64,000 nt of DNA from Thermoplasmata archaeon (GCA_034667725.1 JAXDQS010000003.1:448001-512000); one strand, 5' to 3'. Shown: positions 9,580 to 19,078, numbered from the stretch's first letter. Notes: generated by a model from the letters alone, not told the origin. A program made the numbers and translations.

Positions 9580-11409
9580 ATGCCGGACAAGACCGACCTC
9601 GTGATGGAGCTCGCCAAGCGCCGCGGCTTCCTGTGGCCTGCCTACGAGGTGTACGGCGGCGCCGCCGGCTTCTACGACTACGGCCCCCTCGGCGCCACCA
9701 TGAAGAAGCGCTTCGAGGACCTGTGGCGCCACGTCTTCGTCCGCACCGAGGCGACCCCGATGGCGGAGATCTTCTGCCCACGCGTGACGCCGGAGGAGGT
9801 CCTGGTCGCCTCCGGGCACGTCGCCGAGTTCACCGACATGGTGGTCAAGTGCGCCAAGGGCCACCCGTCGCGCGCCGACCACCTCGTCGCCGCCGCCGGC
9901 TACGTGGGCAACGCGGGCGTCCTCAAGGGCCCCGAGCTGGACGCCGAGCTGGCCCGCCTGAAGGCCAAGTGCCCGACGTGCGGCGAGACCAAGTTCTCCC
10001 CGGCGGCGCGCCAGAACCTGATGAACCAGACCGAGATCGGCCCCGGCTCCGGCCGCGTCGGCTACCTGCGCCCCGAGACGGCGCAAGGCATCTTCGTGGA
10101 CTTCCCGCTCTTGTTCCGGCACTTCCGCGAGCGGTTGCCGTTCGGCGTCGTGCAGCTCGGGGGCAGCAACCGCAACGAGATCTCCCCGCGCCAGGGGATG
10201 CTGCGCCTGCGCGAGTTCTCGATGATGGAGGCCGAGGTGTTCTACGACCCTGGCGCCAAGACCCATCCCCGCTTCCACGAGGTCGCCGGCCGCACCGCCA
10301 CCTTCGTGCCCCAGACGGACGAGAAGCCGCGCGAGGTCAGCTTCGGCGAGGCCGTGTCGTCCAAGATGGTCAACAACGAGGCGCTGGCCTACTGGCTGGC
10401 CCGCACCCAGGAGTTCCTGGTGGCCGCCGGCCTCGACCCCAAGCGGCTGCACTTCCGCCAGCACCTCAAGGACGAGATGGCCCACTACGCGGCCGACTGC
10501 TGGGACGCCGAGTTCCACTCCGAACGCTACGGCTGGGTCGAGTGCGTCGGGGTCGCCGACCGCGGCAGCTACGACCTGTCGCAGCACGCCAAGCATTCCG
10601 GCAAGGACGAGAAGCATCCCGCCACCGGCGAGACCGTCCGCAAGCCCAACGCCGAGTTCCTGCGCTACGTCGCCCCGCAGGCTCCCGTCACGCTCGCCAC
10701 CACCCACTTCGCGCCGTCGAAGAAGTTCTTCCCGACCTTGAAGCAGAAGGCGAAGGCCGCCGAGTGGGCGATGCAGGACGCCTCGCCGTACGCCAAGGAG
10801 GCCGCCCAGCGGGGGCTCGCAGGTCCTTGGGCCGAGCGCCACGAGCGCTACCTCCTGACCGAGAAGGAGACGGGCCGCGTCGCCGCCACCCAACCGCTCA
10901 CGCTCACGGTGCAAGGCGAGCAGGTCGAGGTGCCCGCCGAATGCCACGACGTCGTGACCCTGGAGGCGACCATCCAAGGCCGCCGCGTCATCCCCTGCGT
11001 CATCGAGCCCAGCTTCGGGGTGGACCGGATCCTGTACGCCATCTGGGAGCACGCCCTGGAGGCCGGCGAGAAGAACGGCGAGGCCTACACCCGGCTCCGG
11101 TTGAGCCCCAAGGTCGCCCCGATCCAGGTCGCGGTGCTGCCGCTCACCGGCAAGGACGGCCTGCCCGAGCGCGCCGCCGAGGTCGAATGGAGCCTGCGCC
11201 AGGCCGGCTTCCTCACCGATCTGGACGAGTCGGGCAGCATCGGCCGGCGCTACGCCCGCCAGGACGAGGTCGGCACGCCGTTCTGCGTCACCGTGGACAA
11301 CGAGACGCTGGGCGACGGCGCCGCGACGGTGCGGGAGCGCGACACGGGCGCGCAGGTGCGGGTGCCGCTGGGGAAGCTGGCGGCCGAGCTGCGCTCTCGC
11401 CTCAGCTAG
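9580..11409 (+). CDS. glyS: Glycine--tRNA ligase (archaeal/eukaryotic alpha2 type)
   Basis: GFYDYGPLG, YLRPETAQGIF, RNEISPRQGMLRLREF, MAHYAADCWD, IEPSFGVDR, SIGRRYARQDEVGTPF. Confidence 0.97.
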   Translation: MPDKTDLVMELAKRRGFLWPAYEVYGGAAGFYDYGPLGATMKKRFEDLWRHVFVRTEATPMAEIFCPRVTPEEVLVASGHVAEFTDMVVKCAKGHPSRADHLVAAAGYVGNAGVLKGPELDAELARLKAKCPTCGETKFSPAARQNLMNQTEIGPGSGRVGYLRPETAQGIFVDFPLLFRHFRERLPFGVVQLGGSNRNEISPRQGMLRLREFSMMEAEVFYDPGAKTHPRFHEVAGRTATFVPQTDEKPREVSFGEAVSSKMVNNEALAYWLARTQEFLVAAGLDPKRLHFRQHLKDEMAHYAADCWDAEFHSERYGWVECVGVADRGSYDLSQHAKHSGKDEKHPATGETVRKPNAEFLRYVAPQAPVTLATTHFAPSKKFFPTLKQKAKAAEWAMQDASPYAKEAAQRGLAGPWAERHERYLLTEKETGRVAATQPLTLTVQGEQVEVPAECHDVVTLEATIQGRRVIPCVIEPSFGVDRILYAIWEHALEAGEKNGEAYTRLRLSPKVAPIQVAVLPLTGKDGLPERAAEVEWSLRQAGFLTDLDESGSIGRRYARQDEVGTPFCVTVDNETLGDGAATVRERDTGAQVRVPLGKLAAELRSRLS

Positions 11410-11470
11410 ACCACGGATCGCACGGATTCCACAGACCTTTGAATCCGTGCGATCCGTGGAATCCGTGGTT
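11410..11470. repeat. Perfect 19-bp inverted repeat related to the dispersed repeat family
   Basis: CCACGGATCGCACGGATTC (11411-11429) pairs with GAATCCGTGCGATCCGTGG (11441-11459), directly after the glyS stop. Confidence 0.85.
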
Positions 11471-11541
11471 GGACGCGGCGAAGGCCGAAGGCCAGCCGCC
11501 GTCCGCCAAGTCCTTTCAACCCCTCCCCCCAATGCTTATCG

Positions 11542-12558
11542 ATGGACAACGCCGAGCTGGCGGCCCTCCTGGAAGGCTGGGCGGACGTGCAGGAGCAGAA
11601 CGGCTCCCGCGGCTACCGCACCCGGGCCTACCGCACCGCCGCCGGCCGCATCGCCACCTGGCCCGAGCCCCTCGAAGCCATGGCCAAGGCCGGCAAGGAC
11701 CTCCAAGTCATCCCGGGCGTGGGCCCCTCGATCGCGGCGCGCATCCACCAGGTGCTGGCCGCCGGCGGCTGGCCCGAGGTGCAGCAGGAGATGGCGGCGC
11801 CGAAGGCCGACCACGTCCGCCGCCCGGTGCGCACCGGGTTGTGGGCGGCCCTGAAGGGCGACCTGCACAGCCACACCAACGCCACCGACGGCCGCGACAC
11901 GATGCTCGCGATGGCGCGCGAGGCCGAGGCGCGCGGCTACGAGTACGTCGCCATCACCGACCACTCCAAGGACACCCGGGTCGCCGGCGGCCTATCGGAG
12001 GAGCGGATGAAGCTCCACCTGCAACGCATCCGGCGCCTCGACCAGGAGCTCGACGGCATCACCGTGCTCGCGGGCGCCGAGGTGGACATCTTGCGCGACG
12101 GCCGCCTCGACTACCCCGACGCGCTGCTGCAGGAGATGGACGTCGTGGTCTGCTCCGTCCACTTCCGCCACAAGCTCACGGGCCCCGAGCAGACGGCGCG
12201 CATCCTCGCCGGCATGGCCAACGACCACGCCGACATCCTCGGGCACCCCACCGGCCGCCGCGAAGGCCTCCGCCCCGGCATGGAGCTCGACCTGGAGCGC
12301 ATCACCGACGCAGCCGCCGACCAAGGCTGGGCCCTCGAGATGAACGGCAGCCCGGAGCGCATGGACCTTGATGCCGCCGGCGCCAAGCTATGCGCCGCCA
12401 AGGGCGTCCTCGTGAGCTGCGACTCCGACGCCCACAGCCTGCGCGAGTTCAACCAGTCCCGCAACGCCTGCCGCGAGGCCGAGCGCGCCGGCTTGACCCC
12501 GAAGCAAATCCTCAACACCCGCGGCCTGCGCGACCTGCGCAAGGCCCTGCGCAGCTGA
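11542..12558 (+). CDS. PolX-type 8-kDa/HhH domain fused to a PHP domain, no polymerase core
   Basis: RAYRTAA..IPGVGPSIA, then GDLHSHT..DG, AITDHS, GAEVDI, SVH, GHPTGR, DSDAH. Confidence 0.85.
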   Translation: MDNAELAALLEGWADVQEQNGSRGYRTRAYRTAAGRIATWPEPLEAMAKAGKDLQVIPGVGPSIAARIHQVLAAGGWPEVQQEMAAPKADHVRRPVRTGLWAALKGDLHSHTNATDGRDTMLAMAREAEARGYEYVAITDHSKDTRVAGGLSEERMKLHLQRIRRLDQELDGITVLAGAEVDILRDGRLDYPDALLQEMDVVVCSVHFRHKLTGPEQTARILAGMANDHADILGHPTGRREGLRPGMELDLERITDAAADQGWALEMNGSPERMDLDAAGAKLCAAKGVLVSCDSDAHSLREFNQSRNACREAERAGLTPKQILNTRGLRDLRKALRS

Positions 12559-12628
12559 CCTCCCTTCCGGGGTTTGTCCCGCGCGCGCCCAAAAAGCAAA
12601 TCCCCCATGGTTCTGTGAATTCCATATC

Positions 12629-12901
12629 GTGAAGCGCGTCGTCGGCGTGCAATGCACGATGTGTGGCGTCCGCGGAGTCCTCGAAGGGCAAGAAGCCTGG
12701 GAGTTCACGCGATCCTATCCCGACGGCGCCTTCGTCTGGTGCGGCCGGCACGACTGCCCGGGAATCCTCGTGCCGTGGCCCTCCGAGCTGCCCGGCCGCG
12801 TGGCCTGGGAGCCCTCCCGGGACCAGCCCGGCGGCGGACCCGAGGTCCGCGCCGGGGCTGGCCCGGAGCCGGGCGGGCCTACGCGGCGGCGCCCGCCTTG
12901 A
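12629..12901 (+). CDS. Small putative Zn-ribbon protein
   Basis: CTMC and CGRHDC motifs; GTG start with an A-rich box about 30 nt upstream; 3' end overlaps the convergent gene by 23 nt. Confidence 0.45.
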   Translation: MKRVVGVQCTMCGVRGVLEGQEAWEFTRSYPDGAFVWCGRHDCPGILVPWPSELPGRVAWEPSRDQPGGGPEVRAGAGPEPGGPTRRRPP

Positions 12902-14318
12902 CGCGCACCAGGACGGCCTCGCTGGCGTTGTTGTCGCCGGCGTCCTTGCCTTCGGCGCCGCACTTCTCGACGCAGGCGTCCACGAAGGCGGCGTACACCG
13001 TGCCGTTGCGGGCCGTGGCGTCGATGAAGTCCACCATGCCGGGGCAGCGGCCGCCGTCGCCGCAGGGGCCGATGACGAGCGGGTCGAGGCCGTCGCCGGC
13101 GCGGATGGTCTCGAGGCGGGGCGCGGCGGTGCCGGCGCCGGTGACGAGGGTGACGAAGGCGAACCAGCGGGCGCTGGCCAGGTCGTCGCCGGTCGTGTTG
13201 TCCTGGGTGCCGGGGTAGGCGAGCGCGACGCGGCCGTCCTCCAGGGTCGTCATGGCGGGCAGGGTGGCCGCGACGCCGAAGGGGGTGGCGGTGATGGGGG
13301 CGCCCCAGGTCGCGCCGTGGTCGGTGCTGGTGAACAGCATGAGGTGGCCGTCCTGGGCGACGACGGCGTAGTGGACGGTGCCGTTGGCGTCGACCGCGAC
13401 CACGGGGTCGGGGGCCTCCTGGACGGGCCGCTCGGTGACGGCGCGGGTCGTCCAGGTCAGGCCAGAGTCCTCGGACACGTGCAGCCGGCTGAGGCCGCAG
13501 TGGACCTCGGGCAGGTAGAGCACGCCGTCCTGGGACGCCTTGAGGTGGCCGTGCAGGCTGCTGGCCGGGCCGGGGATCGCGGTCTCGCCGACGGTGGCGG
13601 TGGTGCTGCACGGCTCGCCGCCGTCTGCGCTGGCGGGGACGGCGGGGCCGAAGACCAGGCCGCCGTCGAGGCTCTGGGCGCACATGATGGCGTACACCGA
13701 GTTGACGCAGGTCACGACGACGTTCGGGTAGCCGACCGTGGTCGCCGGGGAGCGGGGCGCCGCGGCCACGATGGTCTGGTGGTCCCACGGCGGCGAGGCA
13801 CCGCAGCCCTTCGGGTTCGAGGTCCAGGCCGCGCCTTGGTCGTCGCTCCAGGAGAGCGTCGAGCACAGCAGGATGGGCGCCATCGCGAACTGGAAGACGC
13901 GGCCGGTGGCGGCGTCGACGTAGACGTACGGGTCGTTGGTCTCGGGCGGGGCCGGCTGGCCGGTCGGAAGCCGGGGGCCGACGTCCGCCCAGGTGACGCC
14001 GTCGTCCTGCGACAAGTGGACGCCGGGGCCGAAGCCGACCGCGACGCCGTTTTCGGGGGTGGTGGCGTAGTAGATGTTGCCGTCCGCGTCGACGCCGAGG
14101 GTGGGCTCGAACGCCGCGACGCCCAGCGGCAGGACGTCGGCCACCAGGTCAGGGAGCGCCCAGGCATCCAAGGCGGTGGCGTTGCCGTCGTGCAGGAACA
14201 AGTGGGGCGGCAGCGTCAGCGGCTGCGGGTCCTCGGTCGGGGTCGGCGGGGCGACGGGCGTGGTGCAGCCCGCCAGCAGGGCGGTGGCCAGCAGGGCGGC
14301 AAGGAGGAAGGCGCGCAT
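12879..14318 (-). CDS. Lipoprotein with BNR/Asp-box repeats (sialidase-like beta-propeller)
   Basis: LLAGC lipobox; SQDDGVTW, SDDQGAAW, SLDGGLVF, SEDSGLTW, STDHGATW. Confidence 0.85.
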   Translation of the reverse strand: MRAFLLAALLATALLAGCTTPVAPPTPTEDPQPLTLPPHLFLHDGNATALDAWALPDLVADVLPLGVAAFEPTLGVDADGNIYYATTPENGVAVGFGPGVHLSQDDGVTWADVGPRLPTGQPAPPETNDPYVYVDAATGRVFQFAMAPILLCSTLSWSDDQGAAWTSNPKGCGASPPWDHQTIVAAAPRSPATTVGYPNVVVTCVNSVYAIMCAQSLDGGLVFGPAVPASADGGEPCSTTATVGETAIPGPASSLHGHLKASQDGVLYLPEVHCGLSRLHVSEDSGLTWTTRAVTERPVQEAPDPVVAVDANGTVHYAVVAQDGHLMLFTSTDHGATWGAPITATPFGVAATLPAMTTLEDGRVALAYPGTQDNTTGDDLASARWFAFVTLVTGAGTAAPRLETIRAGDGLDPLVIGPCGDGGRCPGMVDFIDATARNGTVYAAFVDACVEKCGAEGKDAGDNNASEAVLVRVKAGAAA

Positions 14319-14386
14319 GGGTCGCCCAGGGAGGGCTGGGGTTCTTGGGGCTTATGGATGGGACGTGGCTGCGGAGGGCGGTCCGC

Positions 14387-14525
14387 GACGGGCACCGATT
14401 TCCCCAGATTCGGAAGATCTCCACAGAACTCTGGGGAATCTGTGTCCAGCCGGCGGCCCCGCGACGAGCACTGATTCGCACAGATTCGGAAGATTCCCAC
14501 AGAAGTCTGTGGAATCTGTGTCCAG
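14387..14525. repeat. Two tandem 63-bp palindromic repeat units (14387-14449, 14463-14525)
   Basis: Same consensus as 7913-8050. Confidence 0.95.
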
Positions 14526-14567
14526 TCGGGCGCACAACAGAACCACCGAGGACACCGAGACTCCGGC

Positions 14568-15311
14568 TCAACGCACGGACGCCTGCCGTACCCGCTCGAA
14601 GCACAGGGCGGCCGCCGCGGCCGCCACGTTGAGGCTCAGGTCGCCGCCCGGGGTCGGGATGCACACCCGCGCGTCGAGCGCCTCCAGGCTGCCGCGCGAC
14701 AGGCCCTCCGACTCCGATCCCAGCACCAGGCAGACGGCGCCCGTGAGCCGCAGGTCCCACGGCGCCTTGCCGCCGTTGGCGTCCGCGCCCACGATCCACA
14801 CGCCCTCGCGCCGCAGCGTGCTCAGGGCGGTCGCAAGGTTGCCCACCCGCGCCACCGGGAGCATAGAGAACGCGCCGGCCGCCGACTTCAGGGCACCTTG
14901 GCCGATGCTCGCGGTGCCGCGCTCGGGGACGATGAGGCCGTGCGCGCCGGCCAGGAGGGCGCTGCGGGCGATGGCGCCGAGGTTCTGCGGGTCCTCGACG
15001 CCGTCCACGGCCACCACGAACGGCTCCTCGCCCGCCGCGCGCGCCTGCTCGACCAGGTCCTTGACGCTGTGCTCGGGCAAGGGCTCGACGATGGCGGCGA
15101 CCCCTTGCAGTCCGGAGCCGGCGATGCGCACCAGGTCGCCGGGCAGCACGTAGTTCACCACCAGCCCGCGGCGCGCCGCCTCCAGGGTGATGTCGCGCAG
15201 GCGGGGGTCGGCGGCCTGGTCGCGCGCCACCAGGACGGAATGGACCTCGCGGCTGCTGCGGAGCGCCTGGAGCACGGCGTGGCGGCCCGCGATGCCGACG
15301 CGCTCGCTCAT
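14568..15311 (-). CDS. TrmH/SpoU-family RNA 2'-O-methyltransferase (RlmB-like)
   Basis: GRHAVLQAL, LQGVAA, DGVEDPQNLGAIARS, LVLGSESEGL, SLNVAAA. Confidence 0.9.
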   Translation of the reverse strand: MSERVGIAGRHAVLQALRSSREVHSVLVARDQAADPRLRDITLEAARRGLVVNYVLPGDLVRIAGSGLQGVAAIVEPLPEHSVKDLVEQARAAGEEPFVVAVDGVEDPQNLGAIARSALLAGAHGLIVPERGTASIGQGALKSAAGAFSMLPVARVGNLATALSTLRREGVWIVGADANGGKAPWDLRLTGAVCLVLGSESEGLSRGSLEALDARVCIPTPGGDLSLNVAAAAAALCFERVRQASVR

Positions 15312-16453
15312 GCCGTCGGCACGCCGGGCGCGCCGGATAGGCGTTGCCAAGCGACGACGGCCACGGCCGCGACCGCCCCGGCCGCCGCGAAGCCGCCGAA
15401 CAGCCACGCCGGCCCCTGCGCGTCCAGCAGGGCGCCGCCCGCCAGGCCGCCCGCCAAGGCGGCGAGGCCGGCGGCGGCGTGGTAGACGCCCAGCGCGGTG
15501 CCGGTGCGGGAGCCGGCGAGGTCGGCGGCCAAGGCGCGGCCGGTGCCCTCGCTGGCGGCGAAGCCGAGGCCGAGCAGGAAGAAGCCGCCGCCCAGCGCCA
15601 GCGGGCCGTCCGACCAGGCCAAGAGGACGCAGGCGAGGGCGAGCAGCACGCAGCCGGCGGCGAGCACCCGGGGCTTGCCGTGCTGGTCCGCCCAGGCGCC
15701 GATCGGGTAGGCGCCGGCGGCGTAGGTGACGTTGAACAGCAGGTACCAGCCCACCGCGGGCAGGATGCCGTCGCTGCCGGCGCGCAGCAGGAAGAAGGTC
15801 GGCGCGGCGTGGAACAGCGCGACCAGGCAGCCGACGGCGACGTAGGCGCGGAAGCTCGGGTGCGGCCGCTCGTCCGGGGCGTAGCGGGGGCGCGCCGTCG
15901 GCTCCTTCAGCCACGCCAGCGGGAGGGCGGCGGCAAGCCCCGCGACGGCCGCGACCCAGAGGGCGCCGCCCGGCCCAAGCCGGGTCCAAGCCAAGAGGGC
16001 GAGCAGCAGCAGGATGCCGAGGACGGCGCCGGCGGTGTCGGCGGCGCGGTGGAACGCGAACGCCCGGCCGCGCTCGCGGGCCGGCAGCGCTTGGCTCAGG
16101 ATGGCGTCGCGCGGCGCGGTGCGCATCCCCTTGCCGATGCGGTCGAGGCTGCGCCAGCCCAGCACCGCCGGCCACGCCGTCGCGGTCGCCAGCCCGACGC
16201 GCGCCAAGGCGGCGCCCAGGTAGCCGGCGGCCACCAGCGGGCGTTGGCGGCGAATCCGGTCGCCGAGGCGGCCGCCGACCCACTTCGAGAGGTGGCCGAT
16301 GGCCTCGGACAGGGCGGCCACGAAGCCGATGGCAAGGCCGGAGGCGCCGGCGCCCGCCAGCACGAACGGCAGCAGGGCGGTCACCATCTCGCCCGAGACG
16401 TCCATCAGGAGGCTGGTCGCGGCAAGGACGCGCACCGTCTGCCAGCCGGACAC
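15308..16453 (-). CDS. MFS transporter
   Basis: SLLMDVSGEM, GRLGDR, DRIGKGMRTAPRDA, GRAFAFHRAADTAGA; many hydrophobic helices; GTG start inferred. Confidence 0.9.
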   Translation of the reverse strand: MSGWQTVRVLAATSLLMDVSGEMVTALLPFVLAGAGASGLAIGFVAALSEAIGHLSKWVGGRLGDRIRRQRPLVAAGYLGAALARVGLATATAWPAVLGWRSLDRIGKGMRTAPRDAILSQALPARERGRAFAFHRAADTAGAVLGILLLLALLAWTRLGPGGALWVAAVAGLAAALPLAWLKEPTARPRYAPDERPHPSFRAYVAVGCLVALFHAAPTFFLLRAGSDGILPAVGWYLLFNVTYAAGAYPIGAWADQHGKPRVLAAGCVLLALACVLLAWSDGPLALGGGFFLLGLGFAASEGTGRALAADLAGSRTGTALGVYHAAAGLAALAGGLAGGALLDAQGPAWLFGGFAAAGAVAAVAVVAWQRLSGAPGVPTA

Positions 16454-16504
16454 GCCCCGGCCACTCGCGCTTGCTTGAAAGCCTGGCCGCCCCGTTCCGG
16501 TCCC

Positions 16505-17377
16505 GTGGCGGACCTGCGGTCGCGGCGGCCCGAGAACGCCCCGGGCGGGTTCTTCGTGGACGCGACCTGCATCGACTGCGACACTTGCCGCTGGATGGCG
16601 CCCGGCACCTTCGCCCGCGTCGGCCGCCAGAGCGCCGTCGCCCATCAGCCCGCGTCGCCCGCCGAGGAGCGGGCCGCGCTGCAAGCGCTCGTGAGCTGCC
16701 CGACCGCGAGCATCGGCGCGCCGCCGGGGTCTGCCGTGGCGGCGGTGGCCGGCGACTTCCCGCTGCCCGTGACGCCGCACGTGGGGCACTTGGGCTACCA
16801 CAGCGAGGCGTCGTTCGGCGGCGCGGCCTGGCTGCTGCGGCACCCCGAGGGCAACGTCATGGTGGACGCGCCCCGGTTCGCGGCGCCCTTGGCCAAGCGC
16901 ATCGAGGCGCTCGGCGGCTTGCGCCTGATCGTGCTGACCCACCGCGACGACGTCGCCGACCACGACAAGTGGGCCCGCCGCTTCGGGGCCGAGCGGGTGC
17001 TGCACGAACGGGACGCGCCCGTGCCCGGCGGCCCCGTGGAACGGCTCCTGATGGGCGACGACCCGGTGGAGCTGCTGCCCGGCTTGTGGGCGATCCCGAC
17101 GCCCGGCCACACCCGCGGCCACACGTGCTACCTGTGGGAAGGCGACGGCGGCGTGCTGTTCACCGGCGACCACCTCGCCTACGACGACGAAGCCGGGCGT
17201 CTGGAGGCCTGGCCGGACGTGTGCTGGTTCGACTGGGGCGCCCAGACCGCCTCGATGCGCAAGCTGCTGGCGCACGACTTCGAATGGGTGCTGCCGGGCC
17301 ACGGCCGCAAGGGGCACCTCCCCGGCCGCATGAAGGACGAGCTGGCGCGCCTCGTGGCCTGGATGGAGCGGCAGTGA
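16505..17377 (+). CDS. Ferredoxin-like domain fused to an MBL-fold metallo-hydrolase
   Basis: CIDCDTC...CPTASIG; THRDDVADH, TPGHTRGH, FTGDH, PGHG. Confidence 0.9.
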   Translation: MADLRSRRPENAPGGFFVDATCIDCDTCRWMAPGTFARVGRQSAVAHQPASPAEERAALQALVSCPTASIGAPPGSAVAAVAGDFPLPVTPHVGHLGYHSEASFGGAAWLLRHPEGNVMVDAPRFAAPLAKRIEALGGLRLIVLTHRDDVADHDKWARRFGAERVLHERDAPVPGGPVERLLMGDDPVELLPGLWAIPTPGHTRGHTCYLWEGDGGVLFTGDHLAYDDEAGRLEAWPDVCWFDWGAQTASMRKLLAHDFEWVLPGHGRKGHLPGRMKDELARLVAWMERQ

Positions 17378-18102
17378 CCGAGCGCCTCTGGCTGACGCAG
17401 CCGCGCCGCGCCACCGCCATCGCGAAGGTCGTCGCCGTCGAAGGCGGCCTGTTCGCGCTCGACCGCAGCCTGTTCGCGCCCACCTCCCGGCTGTGCCGCC
17501 ACCCGCAGCCGCACGACATGGGCATGGTGTGGATCGACGGCGGCGAGAAGCGCAAGCTCGTGCGCGTCCTCGATCGCGGCGGCAGGCTCTGGCACCAGCT
17601 GCGCGGCACCGTGCCCCCGGTCGGCGCCACCCTCAACTGCCAGCTCGACCAGGAGCGGCGGGAGAAGGAGTCGCGGGCCCACACCGCGATGCACCTGCTG
17701 CTGGTGGCGTTGCAGCGCGCCGGCGCGGGCCCGTTGGTGGCGGACCCCACGGTCAAGGGGGGCGGCACCTTTCGCCTCGACTTCGCGCAAGCCCCCGCGC
17801 CCAAGCTGCTGGCGGCAGCCCTCGCGCAGGCCAACCAATGGGTGCAGGACAACCGCCCCGTCCGCGTCGAGCACGTGCTGCGCGGCATGGAAACCAAGGT
17901 GTTGGATGCCCAGCAGTTCGAGGTGCCCGACCCCTATCCTGGCCCCGACGGCAGCGTCCCGGCCGCACGGGTCGAGGGCGTCTGCTGCCTGCCGTGCGAC
18001 GGCACCCACGTCGAGCGGACCCTCAAGGTCGGCCGCGTCGTCGTCGCGCAAGCCCACCGCGGCGCCGGCGGCTTCGTCGTCGTGGGGCGCGTGGGCGGCT
18101 AG
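17374..18102 (+). CDS. AlaX-like alanyl-tRNA editing domain protein
   Basis: HTAMH and CDGTHV zinc motifs; GTGA overlap with the upstream stop. Confidence 0.75.
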   Translation: MTERLWLTQPRRATAIAKVVAVEGGLFALDRSLFAPTSRLCRHPQPHDMGMVWIDGGEKRKLVRVLDRGGRLWHQLRGTVPPVGATLNCQLDQERREKESRAHTAMHLLLVALQRAGAGPLVADPTVKGGGTFRLDFAQAPAPKLLAAALAQANQWVQDNRPVRVEHVLRGMETKVLDAQQFEVPDPYPGPDGSVPAARVEGVCCLPCDGTHVERTLKVGRVVVAQAHRGAGGFVVVGRVGG

Positions 18103-18812
18103 GCGACGCGGATGGGGCCGAGGCGGCCCGTGCAGCCCTGCCCCTTCAGGCTGACGCTGCGCCCGCCCGCGATGGGCTCCAGCGTGATGAGGCCGAAGCC
18201 GGGCGTGAACGACGCGATGGCGGGGGCGTTGCGCCAGTCCAGCACGGGCTGGCCGTCGATCCAGCCCTGGATGCGCCGCGCCTGCGGCTCGACCTGGAAG
18301 CGGAGCGCGTGCATCTGGCCGGGCGTGGAGGCCGGGCCGTCGGCGATGGCCGTGAACGCCTGCTCCTGCGGGATGAGGCCCGGGATGTGCAGCCGCTCGA
18401 ACAGGATGGCCGTGCGCGCCCCGTTGGCAAGCCCGTCCAGGACGTAGCCGCCCGCGAAGTCCATGAGGTTGAAGCTCGCGAAGCCGTGGCCCCAGGCCGT
18501 CGTGGTGGCGCCGTGCATGGTGGCGCCGAGGATGGTCTCCACCACGAGGCCCTCCTTGGGGACCGGGATCTGGCGGCTGCAGGCCACCAGGTGCTTGGGG
18601 TTGTCGAAGATCTGCACCTGGTCGTGGCTGCGGGTGAAGCGCGGCGCGGACAGCTCCAGCAGGCCGTCCTTCGTGGTCGCCTTGGCGCCTGGCTCGGCCC
18701 AGTGCCACATCGTGCCGTCGCCGGCGGGGAAGGCCGCGGGGGTCCAGGCCTTGAGCGAGTCGGGGCCCCAGGATTCGAAGGCCTGCGACCCGGGCTGCAT
18801 GGTGGCGTGCAT
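18099..18812 (-). CDS. Hypothetical protein (DUF6081-like)
   Basis: RFTRSHDQVQIFDNPKHL motif recalled from DUF6081; start uncertain (18812 or 18800). Confidence 0.65.
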   Translation of the reverse strand: MHATMQPGSQAFESWGPDSLKAWTPAAFPAGDGTMWHWAEPGAKATTKDGLLELSAPRFTRSHDQVQIFDNPKHLVACSRQIPVPKEGLVVETILGATMHGATTTAWGHGFASFNLMDFAGGYVLDGLANGARTAILFERLHIPGLIPQEQAFTAIADGPASTPGQMHALRFQVEPQARRIQGWIDGQPVLDWRNAPAIASFTPGFGLITLEPIAGGRSVSLKGQGCTGRLGPIRVA

Positions 18813-18916
18813 GGCCTGTCCGACGGCGGGGCAGGGATAAGCCATGCCGACCGCAACAACTCGCGAGGAGTTGCAACCAGCGCAACCTTGATGCCCACCG
18901 GCGCCCAACCCCTTCC

Positions 18917-19078
18917 ATGGCCGGCGGCTACGAGAACGAGGACGTCCAGGCCGAGCTGGAGGAGCTGCGCCGCAAGAAGGAGGCCGAGCTGCGCGCCTGG
19001 ATGGAGGAGGAGCGGCGCGAGCGCGAACGCCGCAAGCTGGAACGCGAAGCGCGCGACGGGGACGTCACGCCACCTTGA
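18917..19078 (+). CDS. 53-aa highly charged helical micro-protein
   Basis: Manual translation MAGGYENEDVQAELEELRRKKEAELRAWMEEERRERERRKLEREARDGDVTPP; CTTGAT box 30 nt upstream. Confidence 0.6.
   Translation: MAGGYENEDVQAELEELRRKKEAELRAWMEEERRERERRKLEREARDGDVTPP

Noticed and set aside
7959-12371. Very long ORFs such as 7959..12371, 25170..28541, 30051..33176 and 52235..55744
   Set aside because: Arg/Gly/Ala/Pro-rich shadow frames that overlap well-supported genes in high-GC DNA.
12600-12626. TTCTGTGAATTCC as another copy of the repeat family
   Set aside because: Too short and degenerate to support.
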